Source: Ascidiella aspersa
Taxonomy: Eukaryota
DNA: 64,000 bases
Assembly: GCA_963924565.1 (NCBI GenBank)
Contig: OZ004614.1
Location: 26,040,001-26,104,000, forward strand
Reading direction: 5' to 3'
Part shown: in pieces, positions 27,171 to 39,000 of the stretch
Position numbering within the stretch: the stretch's first letter is position 1
Layout of the letters: every line of letters starts with the position of its first letter
The notes under the pieces: generated by a model
Databases searched by the model: none
Seen by the model: the letters and a program-made list of their open reading frames with translations, nothing else
Told to the model about the DNA's origin: nothing
Translations under genes and position numbers: made by a program

Positions 27171-30100
27171 TTACCCTTGTGTCATCCGATCAGAGCGGTC
27201 ACTGAATAAAAACAAAATGTTATTGAAGAGGTTTCAATTATTCGCAATTTACAACTTTTATGCGAAAAACTTGATATATTGGTTGATGGATAAGTGTTAG
27301 GGTTGTTCTGTGCTACAAGGAGTCTTTGAAAACGTGAGTTGTTGAAAAATCTTTGCTCAAGATTTTGACCTTGGTCAAGATATGAACTATCAAGTTGATA
27401 AAGACACAGCACACAGGTAACACCTTTTACTGTCTAGACTGGCAATAAACATAACAGTGCACAATTTGAGTGTTGTAGGCTAAAAATACTTTACTGGTAG
27501 AGAATCCTACCACGCATTCAAATAATTATCAAATCAACGCACATTTTTTAGGTTAGGGTCCGGTTTAGCGTTTGGGTTCGGTTGGTTCAAGTGTTGTTAT
27601 TTTAATACTAACAGTTTGCGATTTACTAGTTTCGTTACTGAAAACAAAAGTGATAGGATTCTAAACCAAGGCCCAATACTCTGCTACAAATTTTACTATC
27701 ATTAGTAACGCATTAATAACACTTAATATCATTAGTAAAAAATAATTGAATAATATAAACATTGCAGTATTTGGCCATATGCGCCAGCCCAGTACTATAT
27801 GGCCATATACCAGTGTTTTGTAAATCAAGTTTTCTCACTTAAGATTGCAAAAGCAATTTTCCGCCAAAGTTTTCTAATCTTACATTTTAAAATACGCCTC
27901 AATTAAACACAAGCATTATGACGTAAAAATTGCTATTGTACAATTAGAACGTAGAAACAATTAGCCTTTATACGGTTTATGCTTTACTTCACAACACACA
28001 ACAATTAAGCTTTTTGATTAGCAAACTTACTTTGGGTTTCTTCTTGCCCTGCTTGGATCGATAAACCCTCGGATTAGTTTGTTTCTGTCAAGCCAGTTCT
28101 GGAAGTACTTTGTTCTTCCGTATCTGCAACAAAACGAAAACCTTAACCCAGTTGCAGTTACGCATATACTCAACGCTAGAAATAATACCGAAAGGGTAAA
28201 TTAAAATTGCAGTTAATTTTGCTAAAGTTAGTAAATCCTAAAACACTTTGAGCAGTTTAAAATACAAGTTTACTCTTTCGGCCGCTTGACCTAATAAGAG
28301 TTCGTTTAATTAACGTTTTCGCTTTTTATTTTTACGTAACAAACACTAAATTCTACTCTTACATGTTGAAATATACTTGCCGTAAAGCGTCATCAATTTC
28401 TGTTTAAGCCGGGTACGTTCAGCATTGGATAGCATTTGATGAATTCCATAATAATGTAAGGGTAGAGTTCGAATATCAAATCCTATCCAATGCCGAACGT
28501 ATCCGGCTTAAACAGAAATTGAAAACACTAAAATATTCGTGGCTTCTTGTTACATTGATAATAAATGCGATTGCCGACTGCCGTGAAATATCGTATCATT
28601 TAGGCGATTTTTGTCTTTGGAGGATTTATAAAAAGGCCTACTTTAAAACCTAACCAAAACTATTTTTTTTAAGTTGATGAAACAATAAACGTTGAAATAC
28701 TTACGCGTTCGTGAAAACTGCTTCGGGGCCAGACCGCTTCGTATCCTTTATGTCGTAATCCCTGCAAGCACATTAAAGTAACGGTAATACACGGGTTCTT
28801 AAGCTGGGGGGTCCGTTGACCCTTTGGGGTACGTGGAAGAGTTTAGGGGGCCCATGAAGGTATAATTGATTCCTAAATGTATTGTGTGAAAAATCTTATA
28901 CCATTTTTCAGCAAAAAAAAGTTTATTTAAAAAAACATTTTGGCGCCTTCATCGTAGGATTTAAACTCTATTTTATATTTTCTTATTTGTTAGATGAAAA
29001 CAGCAGGTTTCTTAAGTCTTATTGTTTTATGACGTCACTATAGCTACACAAAAGTGCAATACTTAGAACTTCGTAAACTGAATTTAAAAAGCATTTTTAG
29101 TTCGCCAATTGTTTTCTTTACATTTACATGTAAATTTAAAAGCTACCTTTGATGCATCATCTGCCTGAGCATATCCTGCTGCTTCCTGTATAGCAAGTAG
29201 CGGTTCAGGTAGTTGTTGTAGTTGTTGAGCTCCATCTGAGCGTACCTTTTGTCTACAACCGACGGTGGGTAGCCTTGTCTTGGGAAGCTGAAATAGTTCG
29301 GTTAGTTACTACGAGTTTGCCAATTTTTTTTTTTTGAAGTGACAGCGGTTAGGAGCCGATACCCGATGCCAAGTTTTAGTATCGGTACTCTTCCGATACT
29401 AGGGTGGTATGGGTGCCGATCGTCTACGAAATAATATAAGAGTTTCAACATTGATTTTCGATTAAACGCGATTTGAATTTAAAAAGGTATTTTTAAGAAA
29501 TGAGTAGGTTAATGACTTAAGGTGCCCAAACTGCTAAACGTTAAAGTAAATTTTGATGTAATTCCACGTCAAAATTACATTTAAACCTTTTGATTTTACC
29601 TAATCTGCTTGAAATTTGAAGTCAGCTTAATAGTGACGTCATTTGGTTTCGGATCGCGACACGTTTCACTTAAAATATCGGGAATCATTATCGGAACAAA
29701 ATTTCAAGTATCGGAAATTACTAAACCTGAATATTAAGCAAAACGGTCACCATTGAAACGAAATTATTGCCGATAAGTGATTAATATACTCACTTTCCTA
29801 AATCAATTAATTAAAAGGTTACAATTCTTCAAGGAAACACGGAATTAAGCCAAATTAAACTGGTTTGTCAAGTTTTGTAAATACTGGATTTTTTTAGTTT
29901 TGCGAAACGAACCCTTAAGGATTGTTTTTATTAACTACAACAGCCACGTGTGGCAGTAAAGAGCTTACTAGGCCGCTACTTTATTTTTTTTTAAATTCGG
30001 CACAAACAAGATGTATCCCGAAAATAAACAGCTGGTCAAATTACCAAGCAGGACAAATCAATGGCTTGGTCGGTTAATAAGCGTGCTATTGCAATCAAGA

Positions 30101-30980
30101 TATCGGAAGTTGACCTGTTTAAATTGAAGGAAATGAAGGTAAAATCGAAAATCTGAAATTGTAAATAATAAACGACCCTTTAAATCGATGCGTTGAAAGC
30201 ACAGCAATTAAAAAACGAACGGTTTTTGCGATTTAATCCAGGCTGGTTTGTAAATTTCAAAGAAATATTCATTTTTAATCGTAGTTATAAAGGCATTTAA
30301 ACGCAAAAGCAAATTTCGGTCTAATTACACCGTTAAAAATATTACCAATAAACTTGGTAATATTTGCTTATCTTTTTGCTTATTTTTAAGTAATGACGAC
30401 ATTTGGTATCGGTATTTTACAAGTATCGAAATAAAACAAGTATCGAACACTTCTGCTTACTTGTAAGGTTGCTGTGCGTCCCACGGGTGATATGCGACCT
30501 GCTGGTCGTACATCGGAAACTCGGCCCCACTTTGGGGGGGATTTCCCGCCCCATCCCCCGCTGATTCATCGACCCCAGCCCGGGCCCAGTTCATCGCGTA
30601 ATCCCTGTACTTTGGATCGACGTTCAGCGCTTTACTGCAAAATTTGAAAGAGATTTTCTGATATTTGTTCTATTTTCCATCTCTATATAATATTCAAAAT
30701 GCAAATATTTTAACAATATAAAAAAGTGTTAGCAATTAAAAAAAAGTATTTTATAAGCTATGGCATGAAAAATGTTGTGAAAAGTATAAATAAAACACAT
30801 TATAGCTTTGAAAATCGTAACCTTGAAAAAATCAACTTGTTTACTTTAAAACTGTGCAGTTAGAACGACTTACCCGACTGCGAAGCTGGTGTTTGTTAAC
30901 GTCACAAAGATTACGACAATGGCGATTCTTCCCAGGTACTTTCCCTTGGTTGATCGTAAAATTTGATTCCATAAATTCAT
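27171..30980 (-). CDS. Secreted prepropeptide, putative secretin/glucagon/GHRH/VIP/PACAP-superfamily-like precursor (~191-200 aa)
   Basis: Exons 30980-30874, 30634-30461, 29287-29147, 28761-28705 and 28123-28031, with a probable last exon 27201-27171; every intron is GT-AG, phase 2. Protein: MNLWNQILRSTKGKYLGRIAIVVIFVTLTNTSFAVG (basic then hydrophobic, signal-like) ...SVVD-KR-YAQMELNNYNNYLNRYLLYRKQQDMLRQMMHQRDYDIKDT-KR-SGPEAVFTNAYGRTKYFQNWLDRNKLIRGFIDPSRA-RR-NP... Without the last splice it stops at 28027. Confidence reflects the gene model; the family call is less sure. Confidence 0.8.
28393..28522. repeat. Long inverted repeat (48-bp arms, 3 mismatches, ~34-nt loop)
   Basis: 28393-28440 is the reverse complement of 28475-28522. 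Confidence 0.9.
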
Positions 30981-32910
30981 TTTGTTTTTCTATTTTACGA
31001 CTTTTGACCAGTCAAAGGATAAAGCAGGACGTCTATATTTTGTTTAATTTACACTAAAAAGCGTTATTGTGTCTGTGAAAAATGATTGCTGTGTAAATTT
31101 GCTCGCTACCATATTGTAAGCACGTCCGACTAATATTTACTTCCGATAAGCAATGAAGGTTGTAAAGCGAAAGCGATTGAATGTATTGACCCAATTATTC
31201 AAGGTTTGGGTAAAAATACAAACGCCGCGCGCATGACAGACGTGAATTGAGATAGATCGTTTCGAGCCACCGCAAACAGGGAAGCAAATTTATATTTAAA
31301 TCGGCCACAAATTGGACCGTTGTAATAACATGGCTCAGCAATCAGCGTAAATATAAATTTAGAGCCACTATACCTGCTTTTTTGATACAATACCAATTCA
31401 GCAGCACTTAGTAATTTTAAATACAATTTAACCGAATGTCTAAAGAAATATATTCTAACACATACTTGAACATTAGGCATTATGACGTTGACAATGCCTT
31501 TTGTTTGTTTACTTGGAACATTCGGACAATGCGATCCAGTTTTGTTTAGATCAGGGGTCGCCAAACTACGGCTGAATCCGACCCTCGACAAATGTTGTAA
31601 AAAACAAAATTATTATTAGATTTTAAACGGGAAAGTTTGTCAGATGCATGACTAAGCCAAATTTTGGTGAGGTTGCAAGTTAAACGACGAGTTAATTTGA
31701 AATATAGCGCTTCCTGTCATCTTTAAACTTTCCCATTAAACACAAAAGTATTCGTGGACCCAATTTGAAAACCACTGCTTCAGGCTTTATTATTGTTATG
31801 ATCGATTTAATAGGTTTGTTTTGTCTTGCATCGTCTATATATGAAGGGCTTCTTAACTCTTTCTAATTGAATCTTAGTGTGTATCTAAAAAAGAACAAAC
31901 TAATTTTTTAAGATAAAAAAGTTTTATTAAAAAAACGCTTTGGCGGTTTTTCCATAAATGTAACCCATTGCAGTTTCACATTTGCTGGAGCGAGATATTT
32001 CAACTTTCCGCGACCGAAAGTGTTTTTGCGATTTAGGTGCCGACGTTTTCCGTTACGCGTCTATTGTGAACAAACCTTTACTGTTTACCTCACAGCACCA
32101 ACCATCAAGTTTCGACCTTCTAACATCCAGTACTTTTAAGTCTGTAAATTTATCTGTCGCTGTATACAAGGAAAGACTAGCTTTTCATAAATAGTTCGAT
32201 TTCAAGAACTCTTGAAGGAGTAAAACGTTCTATTATTTACTAAAATATACGTCGAGGATAAAGTTGAACATTCCTAGCGGCAATTTATGGTAAGGCGAAA
32301 TGACAGATTTCAACAACCATAATAAAAAAACTCATTTTACCACCGTCTGTTTGCCCAACACGTTGTTCACAATTCCATAGAAAACTATAAATAAATCGAC
32401 GTTTATAGATTCCTGCCACTTTTTTACAGTAACGAAACTTGTCAAACTTAAAATTGCAAGGAAGAAATAAATATGATAAAACAAAGATAATAATAATATG
32501 TCTAATAACCCAACGCTGACTCTCACCCTAAAACAAATAATGTAAGCAATATAAAACCCCGAACGAAATGAGGTTCTGGACCAGCGCCTAAAAATTTGTT
32601 TATTTACAGTAACAAAATCAGGCGCCAAAGTTGGAGTTGCAAACTAGGAGAATAAATACAATAATAATACTTGACCCACCCAAGCGCTAATTGCATCCTA
32701 TGGCCTAAAGAATGTAAGCAATATAAACGCTCTGACGAAGATTCTAATTCAGCGCTTAAAGTTTTACACGACAAACCTTTCGTTACTGCCAAAAAAATGT
32801 GGTAGGACTCTGGACCAGCGCCCTATACTCGCCTCCCGGTTAGCTGCAGCATCTGGCAACCCACAACCGCCACAATATACACAGTTCATCACAACCTCGA
32901 TATTCCGCCA

Positions 32911-33058
32911 ATTTATAGATCCGTGATCGTTCTTCTTCCTTGCGCTCTCTCGGCCAATCAGAGGCCGCCCTGGTCACCACCTGGTGGCAGCCTATTATGA
33001 TTGATGTGACGCGTGACGTCACTGTTGCTAGGGCAACGCTTGTGCTGCGATGATTGAT
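32911..33058 (-). promoter_or_regulatory. Candidate core/proximal promoter of the prepropeptide gene
   Basis: Minus-strand TATAAAT 32917-32911; CCAAT 32954-32958; E-box CACCTG 32978-32983; TGATTGAT 32998-33005 and 33051-33058; CRE TGACGTCA 33014-33021; RFX X-box GTTGCTAGGGCAAC 33024-33037. Lies ~1.9 kb upstream of the ATG, with a plausible acceptor at 31033 for a non-coding first exon. Confidence 0.6.
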
Positions 33059-36000
33059 GCGGTTTATGGTGGATAAAAAAATACGCGCGATTTTAATTAA
33101 AAAAACAAATTGCATTTCCCTGGAAAAGATTTATAATTATTTAATAAAATCAGTGCGTTTTTGTTTTTTCAATGGATACATTTAACTTACGACCACTTAG
33201 ATCAGACTAAAAATACAGAATCAATAAAAACATTGTTAAAACTTTGGAGCATAATTGTTTAAGGTTCAGTTGGACGGATTATGAATATAAAGCCGATTAC
33301 TTAATATCAAAGCCCGTAGTTGATGTTAAAAAATGAACGAAGATATATTCCAAACGTTGAAAATGTTACCTACTTCTATAATGGGCTCTGCTGTCAAAAC
33401 TTGATATGAATACATTGCAATGTTCCCGGATGAATCTCGTTAAACATGCTTTAGTGAAAAAGATGTGAGTGCTTAGGGCATTACGCTGTCTTCCTATTAT
33501 CAGAAGAGTCATCAGAAAACGTTGTCGAAGCCACAATGTATGCATCAATTATTAATCGCCACCAGCTCCGTTTAATCGCGCTTGAGATTTCTCTTAACAG
33601 CCGCTTCATTACCAACAGATCGACAAATAATGCGCAGTTGAGGTTTATTAATATGTAGGTCACTTTCTATTCCCTCAGCGCATGGTTTTGTAGTTGTTGT
33701 TGTATGAACCAGGGGACATTAAACTTTTTTCATAAAGGGACGCATGTCGTAAGGCCTGAATATCACGTGCCAGATAACTGTAAGGATTATATATATTGCT
33801 GGCCGGATATAATTTTTGCGTTGAACTTTACTAACTTGATTATCGTTAGACGACAGAAATATTAATTACTTTTTAACAAAACTGAAGTGAGCATTGATAA
33901 ACTGCGGTTCAAATTGAAATTTCATCAAAATTTAGTTGGAAATTCTATTTGACAACACTTTAACGGCACTTTATCTTGATTAAGGAAATATTCCGCGGGC
34001 TGTAGTATGGTGGCATCATGTAACGCATATACCACGCTTATAGGTTTGGTAAAAGCACATACCATGATTTAATTTTCCAATCACCTATTAACTGTGTAGC
34101 CTATTGGTTTAGCAAATCTGATACGTTCGAAAATACTATTTTTCTACAATAGCCGAAAGTTATATCTGACTCAACGAAAATAATATCATACGCTAATATA
34201 AACTTTTTAATTTACTAAAAACTTTACTTATTTAACGGGCGATTTTTAAAGTTCAGATTTGCCTTATTGAACGAGCTGACATTTAGCTAGGTTTACAGGA
34301 ATAGCAGGTCAAAAGTCACACAACTGTTGTTTATCTCAACGTTTATAAAAAAATATGAAATTACGAACCCTTGAGAATTGTACTTTTCGATAATTACCCT
34401 TTGAAAATAGTTTCGGGAATGGACTGAATCATAATTGGCATTCAAAGGGTGTTTGTTTAATCGATCAATCCTCGGTAAATAGTCAATTGACCACACAACT
34501 GGTCAGTAGGTTGGTACGTGACCCACAATGGACACATTACAAGCTCGGATGTCGATCGCATTTAAACCCGCTCGAATCAAAACAAACATTTGATAACTGA
34601 GATTAAAAACTCTGCTCTTTAACGTTTTTGTGAAAGTTAATTTGCTAAATTTTGGTTAACTAAAATCTTCGGCATCCATTTTCAAGTTAAAAAGAATAAT
34701 TTAACACTGAAACTAGTGATTTTGTCATATTTATCGAGGCGACATAAAAATCTGTACATTTTTACAACATATAATCGCAGCTACAAAGTGGATCTTGTCA
34801 CTAATTTTTTTATAACGTAATTTAAGACATTTTCTCCTAACCAGATACGAATGATTAGATTTCGCGGAATCCCGTATCTTTCTATGTTTATCGCGAGGAA
34901 CATTGTATAAATACGTTTTTCATGGAAATAGCAAAACACTTAATTTCCTAATCCTGCGGAATTTTCTTAAAATAAATTTTAAACCATTTCGAACAACTAA
35001 CCCGCAATAAATCCCCAGTGATTTTCCCAAATGACATCATACATATACATCACCAGCGTATGACATCACAGGTCGCTTTATTTAATTGTGATAATCCGGT
35101 AAAAATTTTTTTTTTACTTACTGCCACCTTTCAGAGGTTTTATGAACCACTGCTGTTTTTTCGCTGCGAAATCGATTTTTAGACTGGGAGGATGGAAGAT
35201 TGATTGCCTGTAATATCAAGTTTATTGCAGAGAAACCACATTGGAACGTTTCAAGATATCGGCTGATTTCCCATAAAAAGTTAAATCAACACCAGGATTA
35301 AATCAATAAATTAATACTATCATACATAACATACTATCGATTTTAATTGGGACTTGGGCTTTATGTCACATTACGCCTCATAGCACACTTTGCTACGCCC
35401 AGCGTACTTTGAAGCACAGACCTCCTGTTGTAATTGTTTTTGGTCCAGTCACGCAACTTATTGCGAGAATGATGTCTGTGGATATGTTAGACTCATTATT
35501 CTTATCGCCTTTTACTCGCGTTTGTGCTTCTATGCTTCGTGCATTTGAATTGCTTGCATTTCTTTGGCCTGATGAAGCACGGTTGTGCGAAAGCTTGTCG
35601 AGATGTCATGACAATTTGTCTTAACATATCGCTAACTAATTACCCTATCCGTTTTAGGTTTACGAAAGACGCCAAAAAACTAACACATATTTATTCCCGA
35701 TTTTAAATTCTCGAATTAGATTTGGGAAGGTCATATGTAACCAGTTTAAAGTGTTAAAAAATTGGGCCTTTTAAACCTGTTTGCAAATTTTACTGCAAAT
35801 AAACGAAATTACATTGTAATATAAATCAATTTTTTTTATTTATATTAATGGTAGCAACAATTTATGTATGAGATAACATTGCTTTATGATTATAATAGCT
35901 TGTGCTATTACAACATAAAAACTAATTTCTATTTCCAAATTTTGCGAAATATTTGTAGTAAATTTATTTTTATCGTAAGAGTTTTTTCATTATCGTTTTT

Positions 36001-39000
36001 CTTTACATCTAATAATAGTATTCTCGGCCTGAATCCTTGTCCTGGTAAAGGTGCTTTAACCTGCATTTGAGCTATTCCGAGCATTTGAAAATTTACAAAA
36101 AAACAGTTCAGGCATTTTTGGTAAATGTCATAATTTTCATGACAAATTTGTCCAAAGTATTTGCGAATATTTTTTCAAAAACCTTAAGAAGCCTTCTTAC
36201 ACAATACGTCTGACAATAAATGACGTCACCGAACCCTTGGCATTTGGCGGTCACCTAATCTATGATGACATCATTGTTATGACGTCACTTCCTTTATTCT
36301 TTTGTTCGGCACTTAATCAATCACATTCCCCTTAATCAATCAAAAAGTTATAAAAAGATCTTTTGTGATATGTTCCGGTCGGTTCATTGTGTTTTTAATT
36401 TTGTTGTATTTTTAGTGACGTCGTTATTCTGCATATCATTCCTTGTTTTATGACGTCAATGTTGTAGAATCACTTCCTTGGTCTTTTATTCAACACTTGA
36501 AAATTTGACTCGATGTTTATGGGAATTCGGTCGCTGTTTTGTGTTTTATGATTTATTATGGCGATGTTGTTATTTTACGTTTTTTTATCTTGATGACGTC
36601 ACAACTATTGAATCACTTCCTGTGTCTTTTAATGGACACTTGAAATACGACATTTCAGGAATTGTGTAAAAATGTTGTTTTGCGATATATTTTTGTCGGC
36701 GTTTTCTTTTTTTTTTTATAGTTTATTATATTACAGTGATGTTATAATTTCATTTCTCGTTCCTTATTCTCATACGAGTTGTCATTTAATCACTTTTATT
36801 TGTACTTGGAAGGTGGGCGACGAAAAAAACTCACATAATATTCGAAGCTGATTATAACTTCCTAAACATGACAAAAAATAAACAAGAAGCAACAAGACAT
36901 CAAAAACCGGCAAACTGAATGTGAAAGATATATCCTCGCCCTCACAGGTAAATAACCACAATCCGTACAAGTTAAAGTATATTCTTTAGACATTTCTGCC
37001 TTAACCAAAGTTATTTGAAATATCTTGCAATTTTTTTTCTGTTTAGTATAGTGTGTATATAATTAAAATATAATCTAGTTTGGTCAAACTAGGCATATAT
37101 GTGCGCTGCAGCGCATTTAGGGAATATTATTTTGAAAGATTAAGTTAATCTTCTTGTTCAAAAACAGTTTTAATTTATAACTGATAGAAGAAATAAACTT
37201 ATGGTAAATACACAATGATACGATAAACAGCTTTCTTATCAAATCCAATACAAAAGTTGGTAGCGTTTTGAACGTTTCGAACAAACCTTAAGATAATGGT
37301 TGGAGATTGTAGTTTGACGTAGAATGAATGTCAAAGCCCATACATAACAGAGGTAAGAAGCATTTTGTGAAAGTTTCGAATAAATCCTAGATAATTGTTT
37401 GAGGTTGTAGTTAGACGAAGACTGAATATCAAAGTCCGTATAGAAGTAGGTAGAATTTTGCACGTTTTCCATAAATCTGACGATAATAAGTACAGACATC
37501 ATCGAAAACATCAGAAATAGATCTTAAGCTTCCGGGAGTCGTTTATTCGCAAGAATCATGTCTTGTTTGCCAGAAATCGCCGGTATTAGTGAGGTTTGGA
37601 GCGGCGTATATGATGGATGCGACTTGTCAGCCCACAATGAAGCCAATTCACAAGCGTTCGTTGTTGACTTCCCGTGTTGACCAGGCAAACACCCGGGCCA
37701 TGGTTCCGCGCGGTTCCAGCGGCCCCTGGGCGCCCGAAAAGCACCTGCGATCGATCCGGTGCGCTAGAGTCAATCCGGTGCCACAGAAGGATCGGGGGGT
37801 TTCGGTGTTAATTTGTTTTTTTAGGAAGGACGCGGAAAAAGGGTGTTATGGTTAAATGTAACGTCGCCTTTTGTTGTTAAGGATTGTTTATTGTTTCGAG
37901 ACTTTTTATTGTAGACATTTTTTACTTTATTTTTTTTTAATTTAAAGTTTGAAAAAAATTTTTTTGGGGGAGTGAGCTTTAAGTAGTATACAGCTCGATT
38001 CATTGTACGCTTACTATACATAATGTAGAAATAACCAAATCCATAATAATGCGTAGTGTATGTTGAACACAGTGTTGATATCATCTTTACAATTGTGTTT
38101 TAATATTAAATATGTTTGTTTTTTAAATAGGGAGATCACATGTTCGAAGAAAACAGAGTTAGTCCAGTGATTCAAGATCGGCCAAACAATTCTGCTGAAA
38201 GATGCGATTTGCTCAACATCAAGTGGAATATACAACAATTAAATAAGGTTTGCATTTTATTACGATTTTTTAACCTTGGTCCTTCGCAAGAAACCAAAGG
38301 ATGTGGAAATCGATGCCCGATGCCAAGTGGTGGTATCGCTGCTGATCCAATACTAGGCTGGTATCGATACTTGTCCGATACTAGGCTGGTATCGCTGCTG
38401 ATTCGATACCAAATTAATATGTGTGTTTTAGCTATTATTTGCAATCCAATGTTGGGTTTTCTATTTTTTAGGAAGTTTGAACTTATGAAAGTATAAAATT
38501 TAACTATTTACTTGTTTATCACTACAATGACATTTAGTGTGGGTTAGGACCGCGGTATTCAATGTACGGAACTAGCGCTAGATTAAAAGCGCGTCTCTCG
38601 TCACTTGTACTAAAATAATTTTGCGGTTACTATTATTGCATAAAAGTAGCGACTTTAAAACGTTTTATTAAAACTACCGACGTTTTGATTACCAATACGG
38701 TTAATAACAGGCGTCTCATGTTATTGCCTCGTTTCCATTATTTTGTTGTTGTTTGGCTGTAGTGTTTATACATCTTTGCAAACTGCAATTTTCTAGCCCC
38801 AAGAACATTTTTAACCTTCCCCTGTAGGTCTTTGGATCGCCTCAGCTTAATAATAATCTTGCCAGAAGAACCATTTATGTGGAGATTGGAATGAAATACG
38901 AATTATCGTGCATCGATAGTTAGTGCGCATATAATTGAACAAACCCGATTTCCACCCCGGCGCCCATTGTTCGGTGGCAACACGTGATTGTCTGGTGTTG

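Noticed and set aside
31199-31591. 130-aa minus-strand ORF upstream of the prepropeptide
   Set aside because: Starts in a MITE-like end (CAGGGGTCGCCAAAC), no homology, not needed for the gene model.
32440-32830. Degenerate ~170-bp duplication in the probable first intron of the prepropeptide gene
   Set aside because: Too diverged and AT-rich to support any function.
38140-38496. 118-aa and 90-aa ORFs
   Set aside because: Built around a dispersed copy of the ATCGG/CCGAT repeat.
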